Shown: one piece after another, positions 29,141-38,921 of the stretch | Position numbering within the stretch: the first letter of the stretch is position 1 | Layout of the letters: each line of letters starts with the position of its first letter | From: Verrucomicrobiia bacterium | GTDB taxonomy: Bacteria; Verrucomicrobiota; Verrucomicrobiia; Limisphaerales; UBA1319 | Reading direction: 5' to 3' | Assembly: GCA_963664225.1 (NCBI GenBank) | Contig: OY760937.1 | Coordinates: 544,001-608,000, forward strand | DNA: 64,000 bases | Notes under the pieces: generated by a model | Database searches by the model: none | The model's input: only the letters and a program-made list of their open reading frames with translations | Told to the model about the DNA's origin: nothing | Translations under genes and position numbers: made by a program

Positions 29141-30199
29141 ATGACTGCAACCAAAGTTAAAGCATACGCAGCGCAAAGCGCTACTTCAGCACTGGCTTCG
29201 CTGGGCATCACCCGTCGCGAGCCCGGTCCCCTGGACGTCGAAATGGAGATTCTGTTCTGCGGGGTCTGCCACTCGGACCTGCACCAGGCCCGGAACGAAT
29301 GGAACAACACCGTTTACCCGTGCGTGCCGGGCCACGAGATTGTCGGCCGCGTTACACGCGTGGGCCACAGCGTTACAAAGTTCAAACCGGGCGATCTGAG
29401 CGCAGTGGGGTGCATGGTCGATTCGTGCCACACTTGTGAGAACTGCCAGGCGGGACTTGAACAATATTGTCTGTCTGGTGCCATCTGGACGTATAACTGC
29501 GAAGACAAGCATTTGGGCGGACACACCCTTGGCGGATATTCCACCCATATCGTGGTGGATGAGGCCTTTGTCCTGCGCGTGCCGACAGGACTGGATTTGG
29601 CGGCCACCGCCCCGCTCCTGTGTGCCGGTATCACGACATACTCGCCGCTGCGCCATTGGAAGGTGGGCCCCGGCCAGAAGGTGGGCATCGTCGGACTGGG
29701 CGGTTTGGGACACATGGGGGTGAAATTCGCACGAGCTTTTGGCGCCCACGTGGTCCTGTTCACGACCTCTCCCGGCAAAATCGCCGATGGCCTTCGGTTG
29801 GGCGCTCATGAGGTCGTGATCTCCAAGGATGCCAACGCGATGAAGAAGCAGCAGGGGAGTTTCAATTTCATTCTCGATGCGGTTGGCGCCCAGCATGACA
29901 TCAACACCTATCTGAGCTTGTTGAAACTGGACGGCACGCTCACGCTGGTGGGCGCTCCTGGACAGCCTTTGTCCGTGAGTGCGTTCAATTTGATATTGGC
30001 GCGACGCAGTTTCGCCGGCTCCGGCATCGGCGGCATTGCCGAGACGCAGGAGATGCTGGACTTTTGCGGCAAGCATAAAATTACCTCCGATGTGGAAATC
30101 ATCCCCATTCAAAAGATCAACGAGGCCTACGAGCGGCTGCTCAAGCAGGATGTGCGGTATCGGTTTGTCATCGATATGGCTTCCCTCAAATCCGAATAA
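29141..30199 (+). CDS. NADP-dependent Zn alcohol dehydrogenase (YahK/cinnamyl ADH family)
   Basis: CGVCHSD, GHEIVG, C..C..C......C, PLLCAGITTY, GLGGLG. Confidence 0.93.
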   Translation: MTATKVKAYAAQSATSALASLGITRREPGPLDVEMEILFCGVCHSDLHQARNEWNNTVYPCVPGHEIVGRVTRVGHSVTKFKPGDLSAVGCMVDSCHTCENCQAGLEQYCLSGAIWTYNCEDKHLGGHTLGGYSTHIVVDEAFVLRVPTGLDLAATAPLLCAGITTYSPLRHWKVGPGQKVGIVGLGGLGHMGVKFARAFGAHVVLFTTSPGKIADGLRLGAHEVVISKDANAMKKQQGSFNFILDAVGAQHDINTYLSLLKLDGTLTLVGAPGQPLSVSAFNLILARRSFAGSGIGGIAETQEMLDFCGKHKITSDVEIIPIQKINEAYERLLKQDVRYRFVIDMASLKSE

Positions 30200-30349
30200 C
30201 CGCCGTGGCGGTTTAATGGTTAACCGATGAATATGTGAAAACGAGGAAACAGCAGCAGCTTGGAAGTGCAGCTCACATTTTGCCTTTCGGCCATCAATAG
30301 ATGGACTACTGTAACCATGAATTCACACAAACAATAAGTAGGTTCTGCA

Positions 30350-31654
30350 ATGAAACGCAATTCTATGAAATACCACGCCATGTGTCTCGCGTTGGTCGTA
30401 TCCAGCGCGACAGCCTTCGCAGCATCACCAGAATCATTTGATTGGCCTCAGTGGCAGGGCCCTGACCGGAACGCCATTTCCAGGGAGACTGGCCTGCTCA
30501 AGGAATGGACGAAAGATGGCCCGCCGCTCACCTGGAAGATCAAGGGACTCGGCGGTGGCGATGGCGCCCCCTCCGTTGCCGCCGGACGGATTTTCGGAAT
30601 GAGTAATCGCGGCGGGGACGAAGTCATCTGGGCCTTGTCCGAAGCGGACGGCAAGTCACTCTGGGTGACGCGCCTGGGACCGGCCTACAAGCAGCAAATG
30701 CCGCAGGGAAAAGAGGGACCGGGATGCACCCCGACGGTCGATGGTGAACTCCTCTACGTCGAGGGCCTGGCAGGGGACGTGGCCTGCCTGCAAGTCGGGG
30801 ATGGCAAGATCGTCTGGCAACGCAGCCTGCAAACTGATTTTGGAGGACCTGTGCCGCGGTGGAGCTTCCGCGAATCGCCGCTGGTGGACGGGGATAAGGT
30901 CATCTGCACCCCCGGTGGCGAAGACGCGACACTGGTGGCCCTCGACAAGTTGACCGGGAAGACGATCTGGAAGAGTCAGGTGCCCGGAAGTCCAAAAGCG
31001 GCCTACGCCTCTGCCATTGCCATCGATTTCGCCGGACAGCGCCAATATGTGCAAATGACTGCGAAGGCCCTTGTGGGAGTGGCGGCGTCCGACGGCAAGT
31101 TCCTCTGGCGCTATGACAAGGCCGCCAACGGCAACGGCATCAACTGCACCACGCCCATCTACCACGATGGTTTCGTGTTCGCGGCATCGGCCTATGGGGC
31201 GGGTGGTGGATTGGTGAAACTGAGCAAGGATGCCAACGGCGCTGTAAAGGCTGAAGAAGTCTATTTCTCAAAAAAAATGCAAAACCACCATGGCGGCGTG
31301 ATCCTGCTCGACGGCTGCCTCTATGGCGCCAACGGCGGAAACGAAGGCGGCTCTCTGGTCTGCCTCGAGTTTCAGACCGGCAAGGTCTTGTGGGATGCGC
31401 GCGACAGCGCTGACGGTCGGGCCCCTAAAGGCTCGGTGGCTCTGGCGGATGGCCGGCTCTACTATCGATCCGAGAAAGGCCCCATGCTTCTGATTGAACC
31501 CAGTGCAAAGGAGTACATCGAGCGTGGCCGTTTCGACCAGCCCGACCGAACCGATCTGCCGGCCTGGGCGCACCCCGTCATTGCCAACGGCAAGCTATAC
31601 TTGCGCGATCAGGATGCGCTCTTCTGCTACAACGTGAAGGCGCAGGAAAAATAA
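30350..31654 (+). CDS. Secreted PQQ-like / BamB-like beta-propeller protein
   Basis: Signal peptide, [10 protein letters not shown], repeated G...W blades, [15 protein letters not shown] (family expanded in PVC bacteria). Confidence 0.88.
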   Translation: MKRNSMKYHAMCLALVVSSATAFAASPESFDWPQWQGPDRNAISRETGLLKEWTKDGPPLTWKIKGLGGGDGAPSVAAGRIFGMSNRGGDEVIWALSEADGKSLWVTRLGPAYKQQMPQGKEGPGCTPTVDGELLYVEGLAGDVACLQVGDGKIVWQRSLQTDFGGPVPRWSFRESPLVDGDKVICTPGGEDATLVALDKLTGKTIWKSQVPGSPKAAYASAIAIDFAGQRQYVQMTAKALVGVAASDGKFLWRYDKAANGNGINCTTPIYHDGFVFAASAYGAGGGLVKLSKDANGAVKAEEVYFSKKMQNHHGGVILLDGCLYGANGGNEGGSLVCLEFQTGKVLWDARDSADGRAPKGSVALADGRLYYRSEKGPMLLIEPSAKEYIERGRFDQPDRTDLPAWAHPVIANGKLYLRDQDALFCYNVKAQEK

Positions 31655-31670
31655 CACCAGCGCAACTCGT

Positions 31671-31772
31671 GTAATCATTGCCCTCCAGGAAATTAACGAA
31701 TTCTGCGAGGGGCGGCTTACGTCCGATATGATGTTCCGCCTCTCCGTTGTCCTGGCCTCACTTAAATTATGA
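31671..31772 (+). pseudogene. Fossil C-terminal fragment of a Zn-ADH gene
   Basis: Translates VIIALQEINEFCEGRLTSDMMFRLSVVLASLKL*, gaplessly colinear with the upstream ADH tail EIIPIQKINEAYERLLKQDVRYRFVIDMASLKS (14/33 identical). Confidence 0.75.
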
Positions 31773-32788
31773 CCGATCAATTCAAGGTTTCCAGTCTCCT
31801 GGCACAGCAGTTGGCAGAGCATCAGGTGAAGCTGACGGCGTTACTGCGACGGGCGGGATTGCCGGCCGGTTTTTTCCAGCAGGAAAAGATCTACGTCACA
31901 ACTTCCGAACTGTTCGCGCTGTGGCGGGCCATTGGGGAGACGAGCGGCGATCCCGCGATCGGCCTGAAGCTGGGCGCCGAACCGCGCTTCGAGCGCTTCC
32001 AGCCGAGTGCGATTGCCGCCGTTTGCAGCCGGTCTTACCGCGATGCCCTGCAACGCATTGCCCGTTATAAGCAACTGACCTGCCCGGAAGAAATCCGGGT
32101 GCATACCACCGGCGATGAAGCGTCTGTGGAATTCTTCTACCTCCAGGCCGAAGAAGTTCAACCCGACGTGTTGGTGGACTTGTGCCTGTCATGGATCTTG
32201 TCCATCGGGCGGCGGGGCACCGATGGCCAGGTCACGCCTCTACGTCTGGAACTCACCCGTCCCGTTCAGCATCGCGAATTGTTGGAATCTCACTTCGGTT
32301 GCCGGGTGCGGTTCAAGGACACGCACAACGCGCTTGTTTTTCGCAGCAGGGATCTCGACCGGCCATTTGTGACCCACAATGAAGAGTTGCTCAAGGCGAT
32401 TGGCGCTCAGTTGGAAACTGAACTTCAAGCGCGTCATGCCAGTGCGGATGTGGGGGAACAGGTCAGGCACACGCTTAAGCGCTCCCTGGCGGGGAAACGC
32501 CCAACTCTCCAGCATGTCGCACAAGAATTGCACCTCAGCGTGCGCACACTGCAGCGTCGGCTCACCGATGCCAACATCACGTTCCAACAACTGGTGGAGG
32601 ACACGCGGCGCGAACTGGCGCGCCACTACCTTAAACACAGCACCGTTGAATTGAACGAGGCCGCCTTCTTGCTCGGCTACGAGGATGCCAACTCCTTCTT
32701 TCGCGCCTTTCACGTTTGGGAAGGCACGTCACCGGGGGAGTGGCGCACGCGCAATCGCATGGGCGAGATCGCAATGTTGAGGAACTAA
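31769..32788 (+). CDS. AraC family transcriptional regulator (OruR/Arabinose_bd_2 type)
   Basis: SVRTLQRRL and LLGYEDANSFFRAF..W.G.SP double HTH. Confidence 0.92.
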   Translation: MTDQFKVSSLLAQQLAEHQVKLTALLRRAGLPAGFFQQEKIYVTTSELFALWRAIGETSGDPAIGLKLGAEPRFERFQPSAIAAVCSRSYRDALQRIARYKQLTCPEEIRVHTTGDEASVEFFYLQAEEVQPDVLVDLCLSWILSIGRRGTDGQVTPLRLELTRPVQHRELLESHFGCRVRFKDTHNALVFRSRDLDRPFVTHNEELLKAIGAQLETELQARHASADVGEQVRHTLKRSLAGKRPTLQHVAQELHLSVRTLQRRLTDANITFQQLVEDTRRELARHYLKHSTVELNEAAFLLGYEDANSFFRAFHVWEGTSPGEWRTRNRMGEIAMLRN

Positions 32789-32836
32789 ATTCTCAAGTAA
32801 GCCTGCCATAATAAAAGTAGTAAATGAGTTTAGAAA

Positions 32837-33232
32837 ATGGACATCAAAAGAAGTGGTTCACAACCTTCCGGCAGAGGACCAACCGAGTATTTTACCGGCA
32901 CCGTGCGTGTCGATCCCCTGATTGAGGCAGACGCCCCGGCACGCATATTCGCCGCCAGCGTCACTTTTGAGCCCGGTGCGCGAACGGCATGGCACACGCA
33001 TCCACTGGGCCAGACCCTCATCGTGACAGCTGGCTGTGGCCGTGTGCAGCGCTGGGGCGGTCCGATCGAGGAAATTCGGCCGGGTGACGTCGTCTGGTTC
33101 CCGCCGGGTGAGAAACATTGGCACGGCGCCGCGCCGACCACGGCGATGACCCACATTTCCATTGTGGAGCATCTCGACGGCAAGTCCGCCGATTGGATGG
33201 AAAAGGTCACTGACGAACAGTATGGCAAGTGA
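32837..33232 (+). CDS. Cupin domain protein
   Basis: [26 protein letters not shown]. Confidence 0.9.
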   Translation: MDIKRSGSQPSGRGPTEYFTGTVRVDPLIEADAPARIFAASVTFEPGARTAWHTHPLGQTLIVTAGCGRVQRWGGPIEEIRPGDVVWFPPGEKHWHGAAPTTAMTHISIVEHLDGKSADWMEKVTDEQYGK

Positions 33233-33285
33233 TTCGAAGCCTTATTGAACAACAAAAGCAACTAATATCTGAATTACTGCCGTGA

Positions 33286-34302
<1,017 letters not shown>

Positions 34303-34349
34303 GCGTCGACCCGTTCAGGGCTTGCAGCAACTTAACCCAAAACAGGATG

Positions 34350-36311
34350 TTACGGTGAGACGGTCCTGTAAAACCGGGAACTGCCGCCGGACGCCAGGGG
34401 AGCTGTAAAAGTCACGGTGTTTCCAGTTGCATTGGTTGTGCTGCCTGGAACCACTGACCAGGAAGGGTCCGTCAGAATTCCCGTGGACTCGACATGATAA
34501 GTGGACCCCGGCGTTGCAGCGTACGTAACAGTCATGATGGTTCCGCCGGGAATGAGGATATTCAGGATGCCTTGCGCCCGTGGCGCCACAACATTAAAGA
34601 CGAATCTGGCGGAGTCGTCCTTATACTCTGCCACCGTGCAATCGCTTGCGGTGAGGCTGCCGCCAGCATCGTAGCGAGCCCACATTCCATGCGCTCTGCT
34701 GGTTCCAAGGCCGTAATTTGTGATGGTCACATTGGACATGATCGCGTTGGAGAGCGCGCCCGCGCCATAGATGACGCTTAGTCCGTGCACAATGCTATTG
34801 GTTATACTCAGATCGTTTAGATTGAGACCTGAAAGGCCTCTGTTTTGGAGGCAGATTTGGAGGGCTCCATAAGAATCAGCCGACGTCCCGCCGGTGCGAT
34901 TGAGATCACAACGCCGGACAATGGTGGTGCCCGAAAAATTCGTCGAGACAGGAAACGTCGTGCTTAGAAGAACGCCGCACTGGTAGGGAATGTCCTGAAA
35001 CAGGCAATCTTCGATGCGGTTTCCATCACCGCCGTATATGGCGCCACCGTTGGCCAGAAATGGCATCTGCCCGGTGCAATGGGTGATGACGTTCAGGCCT
35101 GGGGCATGGATTGGGTTGGCGTAGGCCGCAGGCCAGATTGCAAAGCAATCGTCGCCCGTGCCCCGCGCCGCGCAGTTGGTCACGATGGTGCTCCGCATTC
35201 CGACACACAGGTTGATCCCGTCGGCAAGCGTGTTTCGAAACCGGCACCCATCCACCACCAGACCCAGTGAATTCTGTATCCACGCCGCCGCCTTGGTATG
35301 TTCCACCCAGACGCGTGAGATGCTTGAACCTGTGCCATATGAACCGCCCAGACCATCGTTGCCTTCGGTGTCGTTTCGGTAGTTCAAGAAACCCAAAATG
35401 GCGAAATCGGAGAGGTGGATGCTGCTTCCATTTCCGTTCAGGTTGATCCGCCGGGAAGGCGTGGTGTTATACAGGACATCGCTGCCAACGAGTTTGGTGT
35501 GCCACATGCCGGCACCCTGGAGCGTTGTGTGGGAAGGAAGATTGATGCTGCCGGTTATGAGATAGGTTCCTGCCGGCATCCAGACGGACTTCCCCTGAGC
35601 TTGGGCTGCGGCGACGCAATTCCGAAGCGCGGCGGTACAATCGGTGACTCCGTCGGCCACGGCCCCATAGTCAAGGATCGATAGTGAATTTGACGGAGCG
35701 ACGGGAGGGGCGGGTACATTTTCCAAATCCACCAAATCGATTTCGTAATAGGATGCCATGTCTGAAGAATCCTTCTGCAGCTTGATTATGTCTCCGGCGC
35801 TGATGGAAAGTCCATTGGTGCGGACTTCATCGAAAAAGTTCCTCGGTGACCCGGCGCTGGGATTGTTCGTGAATGGGTAGGCACCGTAGAGCCAGGAAAA
35901 CCGGGAGGTCACGGGTAAACGACCGGCCAGGATTCCGTTTATATAGAGGCCAAGCGTATAATCAGCTCCCAACCCGTTCGCAGTATCCGGCACGCTGTAT
36001 CGCACGACGATGGCGGTGGCATCGGACAGGGCGGTGAACTGCAAATATTGCCCGGTGCCGCCAAGCCGGACGCATTTTCGCCCTGAAGATTCCGTGGTGA
36101 CGAGAAAAGGGGCATAACTCGGCCCAAAGACCGTGCCACCATGAATGGTCATGCTCTCCGCTTCGTAGCTGGTCCAAGGCACAGAGGCGCCACGAATTGT
36201 CGCCAGGGGTGCCAGAGCGGTCTGGCCCAAACTGGCAGAGGTGAATGGGAGGAGGGCTGCCAGAACGGCCAAGCCGATGGTCGTTAACTGACCTGGCAGA
36301 TGTTTGATCAT
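34350..36311 (-). CDS. Secreted GH87-like (alpha-1,3-glucanase/mycodextranase) beta-helix enzyme with C-terminal RFYR domain
   Basis: RGASVPWTSYEAE, VRYSVPD, YGA..DG.TD, GAGMW, VWVEHTK, ADGIN, GTGDD; start taken at ATG 36311 (ORF extends to 36371). Confidence 0.8.
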   Translation of the reverse strand: MIKHLPGQLTTIGLAVLAALLPFTSASLGQTALAPLATIRGASVPWTSYEAESMTIHGGTVFGPSYAPFLVTTESSGRKCVRLGGTGQYLQFTALSDATAIVVRYSVPDTANGLGADYTLGLYINGILAGRLPVTSRFSWLYGAYPFTNNPSAGSPRNFFDEVRTNGLSISAGDIIKLQKDSSDMASYYEIDLVDLENVPAPPVAPSNSLSILDYGAVADGVTDCTAALRNCVAAAQAQGKSVWMPAGTYLITGSINLPSHTTLQGAGMWHTKLVGSDVLYNTTPSRRINLNGNGSSIHLSDFAILGFLNYRNDTEGNDGLGGSYGTGSSISRVWVEHTKAAAWIQNSLGLVVDGCRFRNTLADGINLCVGMRSTIVTNCAARGTGDDCFAIWPAAYANPIHAPGLNVITHCTGQMPFLANGGAIYGGDGNRIEDCLFQDIPYQCGVLLSTTFPVSTNFSGTTIVRRCDLNRTGGTSADSYGALQICLQNRGLSGLNLNDLSITNSIVHGLSVIYGAGALSNAIMSNVTITNYGLGTSRAHGMWARYDAGGSLTASDCTVAEYKDDSARFVFNVVAPRAQGILNILIPGGTIMTVTYAATPGSTYHVESTGILTDPSWSVVPGSTTNATGNTVTFTAPLASGGSSRFYRTVSP

Positions 36312-36391
36312 CGGCTTGCTGATAGGCGTCGCATTAGCAGTCGTTTGGCGATATCGGGGCATTAAAGTCAATCAGGGCAGGGTGAATAACA

Positions 36392-36431
36392 CATCCGCCG
36401 AACCCGGAATACTTCGCAGGCTCGGCGGATG
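36392..36431 (-). other. Intergenic GC-rich stem-loop between the two secreted-protein genes
   Basis: CATCCGCCGA...TCGGCGGATG perfect 10-bp stem without a strong U-run. Confidence 0.7.
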
Positions 36432-36470
36432 CACTCTTCGCGGACAATCGTCAATGTGGACGCCCCGTCA

Positions 36471-38843
36471 TTACTGAATCGACAACCTGTAGAAGCGTTG
36501 TTTTGACTCTGTTGGATCCGGCACGGTGATAGTGTTGCCAGTTCCACTGTTGGTGCTGAAGTTTAGCCAGGTGCTGTCCATCAAATTGGTTTTGTATTGG
36601 ACAGTGTAATCATGATTGATGACGGTCGGGAACCCCAGGTTTATGTTGCTGGAGGTGGACGTCGCAGAAATGGGCGAATAGACTGTGACTTCACAGACGC
36701 CCTGCGTGATTGGATTCGTGGCGGAGTTGGCGGGACCCCACACAGCGAACCCGTATTGGACGTAGCTTTTACCGGTGGTGGCAGTCGAGGGGACCGTCAG
36801 GATGAACGGTTTTCCCGCCTCCAGATTGGTGTCATAGCGATATTCGACACTCCAATCCTGGCTCACCTTAATCCAGGCTGTTGCCGTATATTTCGGGTCG
36901 AGGCTGTTGCTGGGGCAATAGCCTGCAAATACGAGCGTATCCCCCGCCAGGGAATTATTCACCACGTAGAAGTCCTGCTCCATAAAGGCAGCCGAAGTCC
37001 CGTCGGGATTGATGTAATTGGCATCCATGGAATTTGTAGCGCCGTCGAACACGTAGGTGTTGGGCTTCAAAGTGATCACGTCATTGTTCGTGTTCATGCT
37101 GGCACGCAACAATGAGGTTGGAGAGACACCGAAGCCAAAGCTGGCTTTGTCCTTGGTGCCTTCATCCCCACTTGAGGGGCGGGCGGTGAGGATATTCGTG
37201 CCGTTCCAAACGTTGATGTAGCCATTGAACGGATTGAAGGCCCGATCGAAATAGAGCCAGGCCGGGTTGTAAACAAAGACGGGAACGCTATTCGACGCAC
37301 TGAGGCCATCAGAACCCTGAACGGTCAGCCAATAGATTCCTTGCGCTGAACCCTGCACGTTATTCAAAGTAAGCGCATTGGTGGTGGCCCCCGAGATTCC
37401 AGGACCATTCGTCAGGATAACTCCGTTTTTGCTCCATTGATACGTCAAACCTTCACCGGTTGTCTTGGCCGCTAATGTGATATTGGCGCCAAGTTTCACT
37501 TGCGCAGGGCTGGGATTGATCGACACCACTGCAGTAACGGTGCTAATCAATTGGTTGCCAACCAGGACAGACCCCAAATTGCCCACATAGCTCGCCGCGG
37601 CGGGGTTGGTGCGTCCGGGAGCGCCCACCCATTCAAATCCATATTGGACGTGACTGCCATCGCCCCCGATATCCTTGGTGACAGAGAACACCTCGCCATT
37701 GGTCAGGGTGTTCAGATTCACGGTGGCCATGCCGTGATAACCCCAATTGCTGTCGAAGTCTTTAATGAAGGCGACGATCGTGCTGGCGTAAGGCTCGACC
37801 AGGGAATTTGTCAGCATCTGCCCGGAGAAGATCACTGTATCGCCATTGACGGCGATTGCCGCAGTGTCAACGTAATAAGTGCTGTCGGCTGTGAACCCGG
37901 GAACAGCATCGCTCAGGCCGGTGTCATCCTGCCATATTGAGGTATCCGTGTGGGCGAGTTTGTCCGCCCGGAGATCTGGCGCGCAGCGCACCACATCCTC
38001 TGGAGAGGTGGTTCCTTGAATATCGCCCGCCGCAACGTCGAGATAGCCCGTGGCGTATGGAACCGTCATGGAAGCGGTCTGGTAACCCACCCAGTGCTGA
38101 TTATGGTCAATCGAAACATTGACGGATTTCGATGCCGGAGTCGTGACAGTCCCGTTGGTGGCAATCATGGCAAATCCCAAATTCGTAACGGTGGTGGCAC
38201 GCTCCGGCGGCCCCGCCCATTCAAGGCCCCATTGGATGTGGTTGCCATCAGTGGCGACTGCACCCGAGCGAACGAGGAACGTCTGGCCGTTGGTCAGGGT
38301 GTTGAGATTCACAGAGGACATGCCTATGAATCCCCAACCGGCGTCATATTCCTTGATGAAGGCCAAAGCCGTTTCCATGTAAGGTGCTGCCAGGGTGTTG
38401 GTAACGAGCGTTCCCGAAAAAATGACGGTATCTCCGGCGGCGAACGAGGTGCTTTCACTGTAGAAATCGCTGATGATTTTGCCAATACCGGCGCTTGTTC
38501 CAGATTCATCCGCCCAGATAAGGGGATCCGTGGGGAATAGCTGGTCCGCCCTGATGGACGGCGCAATGGTCACATTGCCCGAGCCGTCGATGCTCGACTG
38601 ATTGAGAAAGGAAGTGTTCACTCCCAGCCAATCGGACTTATAGGCAGGCCATACAGTGTTAACCAGGCCGTTCGTATAGATGTTCTCGTAGCCGTTCCAC
38701 TGCAGGGACGGATCTGCGGTCACATTTTGAGTGGTTGCCTTGGCGTCAAGTGAACCTAGCAGGGCAGCCGAAGCCGCCAGACAGAGCGCTGACAGGTGCG
38801 TTATGAGATTGTTTTTCATAAAGTTCAGGCGGTCATTCAACAT
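36471..38843 (-). CDS. Secreted protein with three ~190-aa repeats, one Ig-like domain and a C-terminal RFYR domain
   Basis: Signal peptide; repeats share NGY, GDT(V/L)(I/V)F.G, A(F/W)IK, Q(W/Y)G; Ig motif LTYQWSKNG...G.Y. Confidence 0.85.
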   Translation of the reverse strand: MLNDRLNFMKNNLITHLSALCLAASAALLGSLDAKATTQNVTADPSLQWNGYENIYTNGLVNTVWPAYKSDWLGVNTSFLNQSSIDGSGNVTIAPSIRADQLFPTDPLIWADESGTSAGIGKIISDFYSESTSFAAGDTVIFSGTLVTNTLAAPYMETALAFIKEYDAGWGFIGMSSVNLNTLTNGQTFLVRSGAVATDGNHIQWGLEWAGPPERATTVTNLGFAMIATNGTVTTPASKSVNVSIDHNQHWVGYQTASMTVPYATGYLDVAAGDIQGTTSPEDVVRCAPDLRADKLAHTDTSIWQDDTGLSDAVPGFTADSTYYVDTAAIAVNGDTVIFSGQMLTNSLVEPYASTIVAFIKDFDSNWGYHGMATVNLNTLTNGEVFSVTKDIGGDGSHVQYGFEWVGAPGRTNPAAASYVGNLGSVLVGNQLISTVTAVVSINPSPAQVKLGANITLAAKTTGEGLTYQWSKNGVILTNGPGISGATTNALTLNNVQGSAQGIYWLTVQGSDGLSASNSVPVFVYNPAWLYFDRAFNPFNGYINVWNGTNILTARPSSGDEGTKDKASFGFGVSPTSLLRASMNTNNDVITLKPNTYVFDGATNSMDANYINPDGTSAAFMEQDFYVVNNSLAGDTLVFAGYCPSNSLDPKYTATAWIKVSQDWSVEYRYDTNLEAGKPFILTVPSTATTGKSYVQYGFAVWGPANSATNPITQGVCEVTVYSPISATSTSSNINLGFPTVINHDYTVQYKTNLMDSTWLNFSTNSGTGNTITVPDPTESKQRFYRLSIQ

Positions 38844-38921
38844 GATAGGGGTGATTCGAGGATTACAGTCTCATATTCCGTGGTTTAACTCAACTTAAAA
38901 ATGGCCTGGGTGACGTGGCGG

